Below are positions 9,863 to 19,047 of a stretch of DNA of 64,000 nt, one piece after another. Both the position numbers and the translations under genes were made by a program. Origin of the DNA: Chloroflexota bacterium (lineage in GTDB: Bacteria > Chloroflexota > UBA11872); NCBI GenBank assembly GCA_965220135.1, contig OZ244802.1:2464164-2528163 (forward strand), read 5' to 3'. The notes under the pieces are model-generated. The model did no database searches, had not been told where the DNA came from, and saw nothing but the letters and a program-made list of their open reading frames with translations. Every line of letters begins with the position of its first letter. The stretch's first letter is position 1.

Positions 9863-10690
9863 CTAGCCGTAGTTGGAGAAAGGGTGCTCGCCCAGGTAGC
9901 GGCGTTGCCGCGGGGTGGCCTGAACCAGGATGTCCGGGTTGAAGCGGAAGTCCAGGTAGGGCGGGAACTTCTGCACCACCATCCGCCGGCCGTAGTGGAC
10001 CTGCAGCAGGTAGCGGATTCGCGAGCTGGTGTTGGCCGTGCCGCGATGCCAGACATCCGACCTGAACAGCACCACGTCGCCAGCGTTGCAGAGGATGTTC
10101 TGCCCTTCCACGCCTTGCCAACTCGTTTCGCCGTCCCTCGGCTTGCGGCCGGCGCGGTGACTGCCGGGAATGAAGTTGGTCGGGCCCAGCGCGTCGTCCA
10201 GATCATCCAGGTAGTAGTGAGCCGTGGCCGTAAACACCGGAATCTCCACGCGGGGATCGGCCATCACGTCGCTCGGGAGCTCTATCGGCTGGTAGTCCGA
10301 GTGAAAGTCCTGGTCCAGCCGCCCCGGCCCCGTCACCCAGCCCGTCATGCTGATGCAGTGGCAGTCCTCGCCCATCACCGCGTCGGCCACCTCGGCAACC
10401 GGCGCACGGTCCAGGAACTGGAGGAAGTAGGGGGAGCGGTTAAACAGCATGTTGACGACCTGCTGATAGAAGGTCGTTGCCTCGCCGCTGGCCGGATCGA
10501 TGCCGCGCCGCTGGCTTTGTTCCCGTCGATCGTTCGTGCGCGGATCGGGCTCGACGCTATCGATCCGGCGCCGTAACTCAGTGACCTCGGCCGCGCTCAG
10601 GACGCCCGGCATGTAGGCAAAACCGTCGCGGCGCACGGCCTCGGCCAGTTCCGCCACGGTGTCGTAAGCAATAAGCGCAAGGCCGGGCAT
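9863..10690 (-). CDS. Phytanoyl-CoA dioxygenase (PhyH) family Fe/2OG dioxygenase, copy 2
   Basis: DGFAYMPGVLS, FHSD, GPTNFIPGSH, AGDVVLF, WHRG. Confidence 0.9.
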   Translation of the reverse strand: MPGLALIAYDTVAELAEAVRRDGFAYMPGVLSAAEVTELRRRIDSVEPDPRTNDRREQSQRRGIDPASGEATTFYQQVVNMLFNRSPYFLQFLDRAPVAEVADAVMGEDCHCISMTGWVTGPGRLDQDFHSDYQPIELPSDVMADPRVEIPVFTATAHYYLDDLDDALGPTNFIPGSHRAGRKPRDGETSWQGVEGQNILCNAGDVVLFRSDVWHRGTANTSSRIRYLLQVHYGRRMVVQKFPPYLDFRFNPDILVQATPRQRRYLGEHPFSNYG

Positions 10691-10758
10691 CGTCTCCACC
10701 CTCCTGTTCAGGGCGTTTACTGTCGCAGCCGTCGGATCGGCTCAGGAAGCGACGCCCC

Positions 10759-11583
10759 CTAGTCGTAGTTCGAGAACGGATGCTCGCCCAGGTAGCGCCG
10801 CTGCCGCGGTGTGGCTTCGGCCAGGATGTCCGGGTCGAAGTGGAAGTCCAGGTACGGCGGAAACTTCTGCACCACCATCCGCCGGCCGTAATGAACCTGC
10901 AGCAGGTAGCGGGTCCTGGAACTGATGTTGGCCGTGCCGCGGTGCCAGACGTCCGAGCGGAAGAGCACCACGTCGCCCGCCTTGCAGAGGATGTTCTGCC
11001 CTTCCACGCCTTGAAAGCTGGTCTCGCCCTCGCCCGGCGGTCGCCCCGCGCGGTGGCTGCCCGGGATGAACTGGGTCGGCCCCAGGGCGTCGTCCAGATC
11101 GCTCAGGTAGTAGTGCGCGGTGGCGGTGAACACGGGAATTTCCACGCGCGGGTCGGCCATGACCTCGGTGGGTAGCTCGATCGGCTGATAGTCGGAGTGG
11201 AAGCTCTGGTCCACGCGGCCGGGACCGGTAATCCAGCCCGTCATGCCGATGCTGTGGCAGTCGTCGCCCATCACCGCATCCGCCACGTCCGCCACCGGCG
11301 CCCGGTCCAGGAACTGCAGGAACCAAGGGTGTCGGTTGAACAGCAGCTTGGTGTGGACTTCGTAGAAAAAGCCCTCCGAATCGGAGCCGTCCGGGGCCCG
11401 CGGGCGCAGGTGGCGCCGGTCGTTGGCACGGGGATTCGGTTCAATCGCCTCGATCAAGTCGCGCATCTGATCGACTTCGTCGGCGCTCAGCACGCCGGGC
11501 ATAAAGGCGAATCCGTCCCGCCGAACGGCCTCGGCCAGTTCGGCCACGGTGTCGTAGGTCGTGAGTTCCAGGGCCATCGCCAT
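10759..11583 (-). CDS. PhyH family Fe/2OG dioxygenase, copy 1
   Basis: Same motifs; C-terminal two thirds nearly identical to neighbour. Confidence 0.9.
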   Translation of the reverse strand: MAMALELTTYDTVAELAEAVRRDGFAFMPGVLSADEVDQMRDLIEAIEPNPRANDRRHLRPRAPDGSDSEGFFYEVHTKLLFNRHPWFLQFLDRAPVADVADAVMGDDCHSIGMTGWITGPGRVDQSFHSDYQPIELPTEVMADPRVEIPVFTATAHYYLSDLDDALGPTQFIPGSHRAGRPPGEGETSFQGVEGQNILCKAGDVVLFRSDVWHRGTANISSRTRYLLQVHYGRRMVVQKFPPYLDFHFDPDILAEATPRQRRYLGEHPFSNYD

Positions 11584-11590
11584 AGCGTTC

Positions 11591-12556
11591 CTAGCCTTCC
11601 CGCTCCAGCCGGTCCACCGCGGCCCTGGTGACATCCTGCGGGCCGCCAGGTGATCTTACCGAGACGGCCCCCGCGGCGTTGCCCCGCCGGCAGGCCGCCT
11701 CAAGATCCGCGCCGGCCAGCCAGGCGCTGAGCAGGCCGCCGGCAAAGGAATCGCCGGCGCCGATGGGGTTGATGGCGTCCACCGCAAAGCCGGCCACGTG
11801 TCGCAGCGCCGCGTCCGGGCCCGGATCCAGCAGGCTGCCGCCCGCGCCCTGCTTGACCACCACCGGGCCGCCGAACCGCTCCCGCAACCGGTCGCGTCCT
11901 TCCTCATAGCCGCAGCCCAGCGCCGCGGCGAATTCGGCCGTGCTGCCGATCAGCAGGTCCATCTCGGTGGCAATGGTGGCTATTTCGTCGAAATCCAGCG
12001 CCCCTGGCCCGCCCTGGCCGATGTCCAGGATTGCCCGCGCTCCAGCCGCGCGCGCCGCCCGGCCGAACGCGCGCGCGGCGTCCGTCAGCGGCCGTGGGAA
12101 GCAGAGATTGATCCCGCTCAGGTACACGTGCCCCGGGGTCCAGGCGCCCAGCAGCGCTTCGTGGTCCAGTGGCGGACCGGGGTACCAGTAGGCCTGCCGC
12201 CGTCCGTCCACGCCCAGGGCTATGGTGTGCGTCGCCGTACTGCCGGCCCGTTCTCCCAGTACTTCGACCCCGTGATCGGCGAGCCCCGCGGCCATGAAGT
12301 CGCCGAACGGATCGGCGCCCAGCACCCCGCCAAGCTGGCATGCGCCGGTCAACCCCGCGAACACCATGGCCGTATTGGCCGCCGTGCCGCCGAGCAGCAC
12401 GCGCGCCGGCTGCTCGTGGGACACGTCGCTGGCCTGGGTGAACTCCACGTCCGGCACGGGAAAGCGATCGAGACCCTGAATGCTGACGTCCACCACCGTG
12501 CTGCCGACGCACAGCAGGCGGGTTAGATCGCTGCCGCTTTCGGCCGGCGGGCTCAC
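11591..12556 (-). CDS. PfkB family carbohydrate kinase
   Basis: GGTAANTA, VVVKQGAGG, NPIGAGDSFAGG. Confidence 0.9.
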   Translation of the reverse strand: MSPPAESGSDLTRLLCVGSTVVDVSIQGLDRFPVPDVEFTQASDVSHEQPARVLLGGTAANTAMVFAGLTGACQLGGVLGADPFGDFMAAGLADHGVEVLGERAGSTATHTIALGVDGRRQAYWYPGPPLDHEALLGAWTPGHVYLSGINLCFPRPLTDAARAFGRAARAAGARAILDIGQGGPGALDFDEIATIATEMDLLIGSTAEFAAALGCGYEEGRDRLRERFGGPVVVKQGAGGSLLDPGPDAALRHVAGFAVDAINPIGAGDSFAGGLLSAWLAGADLEAACRRGNAAGAVSVRSPGGPQDVTRAAVDRLEREG

Positions 12557-12611
12557 AACAGTCCGTCGCGGTCGATGCGCTCGGGCGCGTATGTCTGACC
12601 CACGAACAGCC

Positions 12612-13595
12612 CTAGTAGCGCGCGACGATTTCGTCCGTGGACAGCGGCAGTCCGGCCGTGCTGGATATCACGTCGCCAAATGCCCAGCCGAAGACTCCGC
12701 GCACATCCTCGCGATGATCGTTCCGGCAGGCAGTCTCGGCCTGGTCGCCGAACGTGCGCTGATAGATACCCACGTTGCCGAGATTGCCCAGGTGGTTCTC
12801 CACGATATCGTTGAGATCCACGCAATCGGTCGGCCACGCCAGGTCTGGCGTTCCTGAGTCCGCGGACGGCCCCGTTTGATCGAAGGCCCAGCTAAACACC
12901 CCGCGCACGTCGTCCCGGTGGTCATTTTGGCAGCCCTGCTCGGCCTGGTCGCCAAAAACCCGTTGATAAATGCCCACGTTGCCATCGTTGCCCAGATGCG
13001 CCTCAACGATGTCGTTCAGATCGACACAGGTCGTCGGCCACTGCTGCGGCGCCGCCGTCGCGGTTGGCGTAGCCGCGGGCGCGGGCGACGCAGTTGGCGA
13101 TGCCGCGGGCGCGGGCGACGCGGTTGGCGATGCCGCGGGCGCGGGCGACGCGGTTGGCGTAGCTGCCGGAGCGGGCGCGGCCGTTGGCGTGGTCATGGTT
13201 CCGGCATGCAGCGGGGTATCGTCCAGCGTGGCCAGCGTCAGTTCCGCGTTGCCCGTAGCCTGGCCGCGCTGCGCCAGCATCCAGGCAATCACGTCCAGGT
13301 ACTGCCGCTCCGTCAACGACCCCTCGGCGGCCAGCGGCATGGTGGCGCTGGTGTAGCCGTACAACTCCCGCGTGGAGGCGAACCGCACCAACGTGCCGGG
13401 CCCCTTGAGCGGCGTGGCAAACCCGTCGTCGCCGCTGGATCCGTGACAGGTAGCGCATGACTGTTCAAACACGGCCGCTCCGCGCGTTACTTGCGCATCG
13501 GTCAACCCAAGCACCACGCCGGCCGCCAGCAGCATCGCGCTCAGCGCAACGGCGATCCCCAGGCTCGTGGTTCGACTCATGCGGCGGCCTCTCAC
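12612..13595 (-). CDS. Secreted c-type cytochrome with Pro/Ala/Thr linker and duplicated C-terminal domain
   Basis: Signal-like N-terminus, CATCH haem motif, distal TMP Met, two WPTxCVDLNDIV...CxNDHR repeats. Confidence 0.85.
   Translation of the reverse strand: MRGRRMSRTTSLGIAVALSAMLLAAGVVLGLTDAQVTRGAAVFEQSCATCHGSSGDDGFATPLKGPGTLVRFASTRELYGYTSATMPLAAEGSLTERQYLDVIAWMLAQRGQATGNAELTLATLDDTPLHAGTMTTPTAAPAPAATPTASPAPAASPTASPAPAASPTASPAPAATPTATAAPQQWPTTCVDLNDIVEAHLGNDGNVGIYQRVFGDQAEQGCQNDHRDDVRGVFSWAFDQTGPSADSGTPDLAWPTDCVDLNDIVENHLGNLGNVGIYQRTFGDQAETACRNDHREDVRGVFGWAFGDVISSTAGLPLSTDEIVARY
13061..13190. repeat. 30-bp tandem repeat (about 4.3 copies) encoding PTASPAPAAS linker
   Basis: CGGTTGGCGATGCCGCGGGCGCGGGCGACG-like units visible directly. 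Confidence 0.9.
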
Positions 13596-14143
13596 ATTCG
13601 CGACCGTAGTTCGGCGATCAACTGCTCGGGCTCGGCTACGCCCAGCCAGACGCGGTCCACCCGCAGGAAGGGGAACAGCCAGGGGGTCCCCATGCGCACG
13701 CGCCGGCGCAGCGCCACTTCCACCGCGCGCTCCAGCCGGCCCAGGCTGAACTCATGCCGCCGGTACGAGGGTGACACGCCATAGCTGGATCGTGGCCGCT
13801 GGATCGGTCCGCCCACCAGGTCAATGTCGGCGTAGGGTATCGCCGTGTCCACCAGGAACCCGACCCGCAGGTACAGATCGGTCGCGCGCACCTCCACAAA
13901 GCCGTCGCTCGCCGCCCGGTAGATCGCCACGATAAAGGGCACCACCGCAAACAGGGCCAGCGCCGTTGCCAGGTTGACGGAACGGCCCGGCGAGTCCGCC
14001 GGATTGCCCACGGCGCGCATGAGCGCAAAGCCCCCCAGCAGCGCCACGCCGCCAGCCAACAGGTAGAGCGCGTTACGGTCCACGCCGGTGCTCAGCCGCC
14101 AGCGGCGGCCGCGTGCGTCCAGCGGAGCCGGCTCACGTGCCAT
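13592..14143 (-). CDS. Hypothetical membrane protein (2 TM plus possible PH-like domain)
   Basis: Two hydrophobic helices; overlaps both neighbours as in an operon. Confidence 0.7.
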   Translation of the reverse strand: MAREPAPLDARGRRWRLSTGVDRNALYLLAGGVALLGGFALMRAVGNPADSPGRSVNLATALALFAVVPFIVAIYRAASDGFVEVRATDLYLRVGFLVDTAIPYADIDLVGGPIQRPRSSYGVSPSYRRHEFSLGRLERAVEVALRRRVRMGTPWLFPFLRVDRVWLGVAEPEQLIAELRSRM

Positions 14144-15089
14144 TCAGGGCCTCCATGCGTTCGATCGCCTGGGTGCCGAACAAACGCACGTTGTCGCGGA
14201 TGCCGGGGTCGCGAAGCGCCTCGCGGTCGAACCATCGCATTTCGCTGTGCTCGGACTCCGCCAGCCGCTGCCTGCCGCCGACCGCGCGGACGAAGTAGAC
14301 CAGGTCAACGAGCGTGTGGCCATCGCCGATTTCGTGCAGTAGGAGAGTCTCCGGCGCGGGCAGCACATGGACCCCCTGTTGGTCGATGGCGGGTCGCTCC
14401 GCCACGATCTCGATTTCGAATCCGGTTTCCTCGCGCGCCTCACGTCCCAGGGCCTGCACCGGGTCTTCATTCAGCCCGATGTGCCCGCCGAAGGGGAGCC
14501 ACATGCGGAATCTCCGGTGGTTGAACAGCAGAACCTTGCCATCACGCACCAGGTAGCCCGAGCTCGTGAATCGCTTGTGGACGGCCGCCGCCACCTGGCT
14601 GTTGCGTTCGCGCGCGGATTGTACGGATGACCGCGGTCGAGCGTGCTCCAGGCGGTCCAGCGCCCGGGTACCCAGCAGGCGCACGTCGTCGGTAATGGCC
14701 GGGTCCTTGAGCGCCTGGCGGTCAAACCAACGCATCTCGCTGTGCTCGGACTCCGCCAGCCGCTGCGCGCCGCCGACCGGACGGACGAAGTAGATCAGGT
14801 CGATGTGGACGTGTCCCGGCTCGATGTCCTCCAGCAGGATGGTCTCCGGCGCCGGCAGCACGTGAAGCCACGGCTGGTGGATCTCCGGTCGCTCCGCCAC
14901 GATTTCGATGTCGAACCCGGTCTCCTCGCGCGCCTCACGGTGCAGGGCCTCGACAGGATCCTCGTTGGGCTCGATGTGCCCGCCAAAAGGCAGCCACATG
15001 CGCAGCTTGCGGTGGTTGACCAGCAGGACCTTGCCGTCACGGACGAGGAACCCCGTGCTCGTGAAGTGTCTGTCGACGGCCGCCACCAC
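14133..15089 (-). CDS. Tandem double NUDIX hydrolase
   Basis: Two Nudix boxes (GGHIEPNEDPVEALHREAREETG; GGHIGLNEDPVQALGREAREETG). Start moved to GTG 15089 because the track start lies inside tmRNA. Confidence 0.88.
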   Translation of the reverse strand: MVAAVDRHFTSTGFLVRDGKVLLVNHRKLRMWLPFGGHIEPNEDPVEALHREAREETGFDIEIVAERPEIHQPWLHVLPAPETILLEDIEPGHVHIDLIYFVRPVGGAQRLAESEHSEMRWFDRQALKDPAITDDVRLLGTRALDRLEHARPRSSVQSARERNSQVAAAVHKRFTSSGYLVRDGKVLLFNHRRFRMWLPFGGHIGLNEDPVQALGREAREETGFEIEIVAERPAIDQQGVHVLPAPETLLLHEIGDGHTLVDLVYFVRAVGGRQRLAESEHSEMRWFDREALRDPGIRDNVRLFGTQAIERMEALNGT

Positions 15090-15145
15090 CTCAGTGCCGC
15101 GTGCGCGCGCGGATTGTACGGGCGGCGGCAGTCCCGTCGCCGCAT

Positions 15146-15501
15146 TGGTGGAGATGGGGGCGAGTTGAACGCCCCGTCCAGAACCTGTCACCCCGATGCA
15201 TCTACAGGTTTAGCCGGACTCTTAAGGTCTCGCCGCGGCGTCGCTATCCGGCCGCAACGGCGCACGACCAGCCCGCGTGCCTTAGTCGGTCTATGCGGGC
15301 GCCTTGACCGACGCACCCTAGATTCCTTGCGCCCGGAACGCCCCGCTAGGGACGGGCCGGCCGGACGTCGCGGGGCTTAAGCCGCGAGCGGGAGCTGTTG
15401 CTCTTCGCCAGTTACTTGATTGCCAGGGGGATTTACGAGCTCCCTAGCAGGCTCGACCTGCAGCATCGGACTTCGGGGCTCTGTCAAAACCCGTCATCCC
15501 C
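15146..15501 (-). ncRNA. ssrA: tmRNA; tag reading frame 15409-15377, (A)GEEQQLPLAA*
   Basis: 5' GGGGATG pairs with 3' CATCTCC-ACCA with G3:U wobble; T-loop GTTCAACT; tag ending LAA; immediately downstream of smpB. Confidence 0.95.
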
Positions 15502-15513
15502 GCTGTGAAGACC

Positions 15514-16005
15514 TCAGCGCACGTAGCGAGCGATCTGCCGCGCCGCTTCGCGCGCTCGAATCTTCTCCCGATTATCGTACCGTCGCAGGCCGCGCACCAG
15601 TCCAATTTCCAGCTTGGCCCAGCCGCGCGCCAGGAACAGCCGCAACGGAATGGCGGTGCGACCCTTCGCGTTGATGTGTCCGGCCAGCATGTCGATCTCC
15701 GCTCGATGAAGGAGCAAGCGGCGCGGCCGGTCGGGATCGTGGTTGGCATGCGCCGCCGGCTTGTAACGCGCGATATGCACGTCGCGCAGATACGCCTCGC
15801 CCTCCTCCACGGTGATGAACCCCTGCGCCAGGCTGACCGAGCCGTTGCGGATGCTCTTGATCTCGGACCCGCGCAGCTCAATGCCCGCGGTCAGCGTGTC
15901 CAGCACCTCGTAGTCGCGGCGCGCACGGCGATTGACGGCCACCGTGCGCTGGCCCGACGGGACCGGCTTGGGACCTGCCCGGCGTCTACGCCGCTTTCGT
16001 GCCAC
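15514..16005 (-). CDS. smpB: SsrA-binding protein
   Basis: NRRARRDY, AGIELRGSEIKSIR, NHDPDRPRRLLLH, YDNREKI. Confidence 0.96.
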   Translation of the reverse strand: MARKRRRRRAGPKPVPSGQRTVAVNRRARRDYEVLDTLTAGIELRGSEIKSIRNGSVSLAQGFITVEEGEAYLRDVHIARYKPAAHANHDPDRPRRLLLHRAEIDMLAGHINAKGRTAIPLRLFLARGWAKLEIGLVRGLRRYDNREKIRAREAARQIARYVR

Positions 16006-16091
16006 GTTTTCCTGGTGCGCGCTCCGCGCCTGCCAAAAGCCCAACGGCCTGGCACGCGCATTCTGCCGTGGCCGTCGGCGCTAGCGGCCGG

Positions 16092-16349
16092 TCAGACCGT
16101 CGCGAAGCCCCGTGCGGCCGGCGCCTCAACCATGTCGCTCATCAGCTTGGGCAGCGCCATCGTATGGCTGCACGTGCGCCAGCCCTGGAAGAACTCGCAG
16201 TCGCAGGTCCAGGATCCGTCAGCGTAGGTAACGATGTGACTACTGTTATCTCCCTCGAACCGGACACGGAGCGACTCAACGTGCACGCGCTCCGGCTCGG
16301 TGGCGTATTGATGCGCCTTTTGCACCTTGCTGATCAGGCTGGATTGCAC
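16092..16349 (-). CDS. Small SWIM-type zinc finger protein
   Basis: WTCDCEFF...TCSH (CxC...CxH); SD GAGGAGG before GTG. Confidence 0.8.
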   Translation of the reverse strand: MQSSLISKVQKAHQYATEPERVHVESLRVRFEGDNSSHIVTYADGSWTCDCEFFQGWRTCSHTMALPKLMSDMVEAPAARGFATV

Positions 16350-16386
16350 CCTGGAACCTCCTCGGCGGCATCGCCGCGCCGAAACC

Positions 16387-16481
16387 AAAAACGCCCGGCC
16401 GCACGGGCCGGGCGTATCACGCCACGAGAACCGACGCCCGCCCCCTCACAGTGTGGACTCTCGGTTCATATTTCGAGTATA
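16387..16481 (-). promoter_or_regulatory. Promoter (-10 TATACT), leaderless uORF MNRESTL* (16469-16446) and attenuator terminator (16415-16387)
   Basis: 10-bp stem ACGCCCGGCC/GGCCGGGCGT plus U tract; alternative pairings described in findings. Confidence 0.7.
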
Positions 16482-16509
16482 GCCCCGCCCGACCGGCGGG
16501 GCCGTCCGG

Positions 16510-17247
16510 CTACGAACCGTAGTGCAACCGGAATGCCAGCCGCTCGGGCAGTCCCGCCGCGAACATGGCGGCCTGGGTGGCGGCGATGTCATACGCCACC
16601 CGGTGAAACGTAAAGCGACCGGTCGCCGGCTCGTAGTGTGCGTAGGCCGCGCGCGGATCGCCGTCCCGCGGCTGTCCCACGCTGCCGGGATTGAAGATCA
16701 GGCGGTCGGCCTCAGCGTCGATGGCGTCCTTGTCATTGGGCACGGTCGCGGAAAAGGCGCCGACCCCGCGGGCACCTTCGTGCCAGCGAAACGTAATCGG
16801 CACGTGCGTGTGACCCACCAGGCAGACCTGCGTGCCGAAGTAGCCGAAGTTGATCTCCGCCAGGCGTACGTTCGTCAGGTACTCCCAGAGTGGATCGCGC
16901 GGGCTGCCGTGGGCCACGTGCACCGAGCCGAAGACCGACGAGGTGTCGAGCCCCATCAGGTACTCGCGGGTCTCGTGCTCCAGCGTCGCGTCCGTCCATT
17001 GACAGGCGGCGCGCGCGTCGGCGTTGAAGACTGCCAGGTCCGCCTGGCCGGTAGAGCCCCAGTCGTGATTGCCCGCCAGCGAACGAAACGGCAGCGATCG
17101 CAGCAACTGCACGACCTCGTTGGGATGCGGACCGTAGCCCACCAGGTCCCCCAGCGACCAAATCTCGTCCACCGATCCGGCATCCGCCAGCACGGCCTCC
17201 AGCGCCGGCAGGTTGCCGTGGACGTCCGCAATGATCAGCACGCGCAC
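16510..17247 (-). CDS. Metallophosphoesterase
   Basis: DVHGN, GDLVGYG, GNHD, HGSP, GHTH, NPGSVGQPRD. Confidence 0.92.
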   Translation of the reverse strand: MRVLIIADVHGNLPALEAVLADAGSVDEIWSLGDLVGYGPHPNEVVQLLRSLPFRSLAGNHDWGSTGQADLAVFNADARAACQWTDATLEHETREYLMGLDTSSVFGSVHVAHGSPRDPLWEYLTNVRLAEINFGYFGTQVCLVGHTHVPITFRWHEGARGVGAFSATVPNDKDAIDAEADRLIFNPGSVGQPRDGDPRAAYAHYEPATGRFTFHRVAYDIAATQAAMFAAGLPERLAFRLHYGS

Positions 17248-17307
17248 TGGCGAGCCTCCGCTGGCTGTGAACCGGCAGGCGCGCCGGCATGCCTCATTAT
17301 GCGGCCG

Positions 17308-18621
17308 TCACCTGCCGGGGGACTCGGACGTCGGTTGCAGTCCGCGATCCCGCAAACGGGCCACGAACTGATCGCCGCGGTCGAATTCGTTGCTGAAGAG
17401 CCCAAACGAGGCGCACGCCGGCGACAGCAGCACCGCGTCGCCCGGTCGGGCCAGTTTGAGCGCCCGGTCCACGGCCTCCGCCATGTCGTTCGCGTCCGAA
17501 ATCCGGCAGCCGGTCAGCTGCGGGCGCAACCGGTCGGTCCCGCGACCCGGCAGCAGCACCACCCCGCGTAGGCCGTCGGCCGCGCGCAGCCGCTCGGCCA
17601 GGGGCGCAAACTCCAGGCGCTTGTCCGATCCTCCCGCGATGAGCACCCATGGCCCGGGGATGGCGGCCAGCGCGGTCAGCGCGGCCTCCGGCGTCGTCGC
17701 CGTGGTGTCGTTGTACGCGCGCACGCCGTCGATGATTCCCACCAGTTCCTGCCGCGCCGCAACGCCGCCAAAGCCGCGCACGGCGCGTTCGATCGCGCTC
17801 TCGTCCACCCCCGCCTGCCGGGCGGCCGCCGCCGCCAGCGCCAGGTTGCCGCGGTTATGCCGACCCCCAAGGGGCGCGTTGGCCCATCCCGGCGGCTCCT
17901 GCTCAGCGTGCGGGCGTACCACGCGTCCACCGGCCCGCGCCGCGAACCAGTCCGGCCAGCCGCGTCCCTGCGGGATCACGGCCCAGTCGTCGGCGCGCTG
18001 GTTGGCCACCAGCGGCAACTTGGCCTGGGCGTAGGCCTGCATGTCGGCGTAACGGTCCAGGTGGTCGGCCATCAGGTTGGTAACGATGGCCCCGCGCGTG
18101 CGCAGCCCGGTGCCCGCCAGACCTTCCAGCTGCGCGCTGGAAAGTTCCAGCACCACCGTTGATCCGGACGGGATCTCGTGCATTTGCGCAAGCGCCGAGA
18201 CGCGCATGTTTCCGGCCAGGACCGACCGTTCCCCGCCGGCGGCCAGCATCGCGTGCAGCGCCGTGGCGGTGGTCGTCTTGCCGCGCGTGCCCGTGACGCC
18301 GATCACGCGCGCCTGCCGGCACCAGCGCAGAAACAGCGTGAATTCCATCTCGATGTGGGCGCCGGCGTCGCGAGCGGCTTGCAGGTACGGCGAGGCATCC
18401 CGCACGGCCGGGTTGCGTACCACGATCTCAGCGCGCCGGAAGTCGTCAAGTTCGTGCCGACCCAGCACATAGCGCACGCCGCGGTTACCCAGGGCGGCCA
18501 CGCTTGAGGACAGCTCGGACTCCGAACGTAAGTCCGTCACCACCAGCTCGGCGCCGTGGTCGCGCATGAAGCGCGCCACACCCAGGCCCCCACGCTGCAC
18601 GCCCAGACCCATGACCACCAC
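17308..18621 (-). CDS. murD: UDP-N-acetylmuramoyl-L-alanine--D-glutamate ligase (start may be CTG 18681)
   Basis: GVTGTRGKTTT, LELSS, DHLDRY, NDTTATT, IAGGSDK, LLSPACASF. Confidence 0.92.
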   Translation of the reverse strand: MVVMGLGVQRGGLGVARFMRDHGAELVVTDLRSESELSSSVAALGNRGVRYVLGRHELDDFRRAEIVVRNPAVRDASPYLQAARDAGAHIEMEFTLFLRWCRQARVIGVTGTRGKTTTATALHAMLAAGGERSVLAGNMRVSALAQMHEIPSGSTVVLELSSAQLEGLAGTGLRTRGAIVTNLMADHLDRYADMQAYAQAKLPLVANQRADDWAVIPQGRGWPDWFAARAGGRVVRPHAEQEPPGWANAPLGGRHNRGNLALAAAAARQAGVDESAIERAVRGFGGVAARQELVGIIDGVRAYNDTTATTPEAALTALAAIPGPWVLIAGGSDKRLEFAPLAERLRAADGLRGVVLLPGRGTDRLRPQLTGCRISDANDMAEAVDRALKLARPGDAVLLSPACASFGLFSNEFDRGDQFVARLRDRGLQPTSESPGR

Positions 18622-18893
18622 GCGTCGTCCGCGCAGCGCGCCAGGATCCTGCCCCCAGGCCGGCTGTGAAGAGTCGTTCAGGTCGATTCCGCCTGTTGAT
18701 CCAGCGTTAATCGCAGCGACAAACGGTTATGACAACTCGCGCCGGGAATATCAAGGATTTTGCCCTCGCGATCGCGAAAGGCCGAACGATCTACGGACGC
18801 TTTGTCCATGTTTTGAAGCAACAAAGAAGGCGGTCCCCCAGGCACTGAAACGAACCGGCGGCCCGCCCGCTGCGGGCGCTATCAGATTCAGTG

Positions 18894-19047
18894 TTGACGA
18901 AAGCCTACCGAGACTTACACTGGCCTCAGTGCAGCAACGGTTCGGACGTTGCTGCATAACGGGTTCAGGGAGGACGGTTTGATCGTGAGGCGCTGCCACC
19001 GTCGTCGCGATTAACTGAGACATACGCTCGCCCCTCGGGGCGAGCGT
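18894..19047 (+). promoter_or_regulatory. Promoter TTGACG-16-TACACT with structured leader and small uORF
   Basis: Hairpin 18930-18956; SD plus TTG uORF 18979-19014; hairpin 19024-19047. Confidence 0.5.

Noticed and set aside
15090-15191. ORF-track N-terminal extension of the NUDIX gene
   Set aside because: Overlaps the tmRNA 3' end and a -10 box
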